Origin: Azolla caroliniana
Lineage: Eukaryota; Plantae; Polypodiophyta
NCBI GenBank assembly: GCA_043228905.1
Contig: JBHGNT010000007.1
Location: 9,486,001-9,550,000, forward strand
Length of the DNA: 64,000 nt
Direction of reading: 5' to 3'
Of the stretch, positions 62,878 to 64,000 are shown piece after piece (position 1 is the stretch's first letter; every line of letters starts with the position of its first letter). Made by a program: the position numbers and the translations under genes. The notes beneath the pieces are model-generated. The model saw nothing but the letters and a program-made list of their open reading frames with translations, ran no database searches and was not told the DNA's origin.

Positions 62878-63642
62878 GTTAGTCATTACTTCTGCTTATC
62901 GTGGTATTGTGACTCTGCTTATTGTTCTTCCAGCATGGAGAATGTCAAAAAATAGAAATCCTTTTACTGTTTTGATATTTTGTTTTGTTCTTTGAGTAGA
63001 GGAAATTTGCAACCTGCCTCTTGTGTGAAAAGAAAATAACTGATGGTTCCTGACTAGTATGCACAATGTTCTTTTCTGATAAATGTGCTGGTCTCATAAT
63101 ATTTCAACACAACGTAAGCGCATCCAGTTTTCTTGCATTTAAAGATCTATATTCAGATTAAAGGGTTAGGCCATGGTTCTACCAAGAATTAGATATTCTC
63201 GCATCCTGAATGATAATAACTGGTTATAAACTAATATAGTACAAACGCATGAATTTTTTTCAGTGCAGAATATATTCTGGTTCAAGGGCTAGAACATTGT
63301 GTTAAGAATGGAACTTTCTTGCATCTTGAATGACAATAACTAGGTGGAATGTAACATGACTATTAACTGCATGCCATTTGGTTACTGCAGCATATATATT
63401 GATTAAAGGGCTAGATTTTGAGTTGTAATAAGAGGGAAACGTTTTTGACATCATGAACGACAATAATAAGTGGATTCTAATATACTATTTAAATGCAAGA
63501 ATATTTATCTTTGCAGAATATATATTAATTATAGTGCCAGACCATGGTTTTACCAAGAAGCTAACGTTCTGACATCCTGAATGATGATAATTTAGTAGAA
63601 GCTAGTAAAGTTGTATAAATACATGTTTTTTTGTCTTTGCAG

Positions 63643-63777
63643 AAATTGACAAATGTCTTTGATGAGAAATTCTGGAGCTACTCTGCAAGAAAGACATCTG
63701 TTTGTGAAGATTCTGCTTTTCAGTTTACCCTAAAGAATTCAAAGCAGTTGCAAAAAACTGATATCCTTGTTAAACAA
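63643..63777 (+). CDS. Putative further coding exon of the same unknown gene
   Basis: Polypyrimidine-TTTGCAG acceptor, 45 open codons in phase 0, CAA|GTATAC donor. Confidence 0.35.
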
Positions 63778-64000
63778 GTATACCTTTAAACTTCATATTT
63801 TCATTTCTATACACTTTTTGGAGTTCTGGCACATTGCTAACTTGGGCAAATTCTTCTCAATCAGGGAAAAGGTAATAAATCATTCTCAGGAAAGCGACAA
63901 ACCTCAGTTTCTGTACATAGAGGATTTGAAGCTCTTACATCCTCATTGTCTCTCATAAGTGATACTCTTGGAAATGTGATCGAGGTAGCCTTTTTAAATT

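Noticed and set aside
63130-63640. Degenerate ~120-bp repeats in the putative intron (similar case at 1075-1375)
   Set aside because: Old, diverged local duplications with no structure or coding signal that I can support.

Overview
Plant nuclear DNA, probably a fern or other non-seed plant (inferred from a very long PLS-class PPR gene plus Tcn1-like and RTEX-like retroelements). An intronless PLS-E PPR gene (1442-4066, -) and the probable 5' end of an unknown spliced gene (~60.9-64 kb, +) flank about 56 kb of nested transposons. Most of the nest can be resolved by LTR/TIR ends and target-site duplications (TSDs). Copia-D contains gypsy-H, which contains Copia-B (9427-48167). Copia-B contains three inserts: gypsy-A (with a Gag-only LTR element E inside it), a solo LTR, and a 19-kb TIR element with an 8-bp TSD, which holds an L1 LINE, which holds gypsy-C. 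Separately, an RTEX-like LINE contains a self-priming chromovirus F. Main unusual signal: gypsy-A and gypsy-C have no polypurine tract. Both instead carry, 2 nt before the 3' LTR, a conserved CCA-ending copy of a tRNA 3' half (Arg-like) with a 13-nt co-varying hairpin insert, next to a conserved ~1000-aa extra ORF. This suggests tRNA- or tRNA-mimic-primed plus-strand synthesis. Also notable: antisense tRNA-like Pol III cassettes inside three different LTR families, and a perfect 82-bp hairpin across the Copia-B PPT/3' LTR junction. Coordinates were read by eye and tRNA identities are from recalled plant tRNA sequences, so both need computational confirmation.
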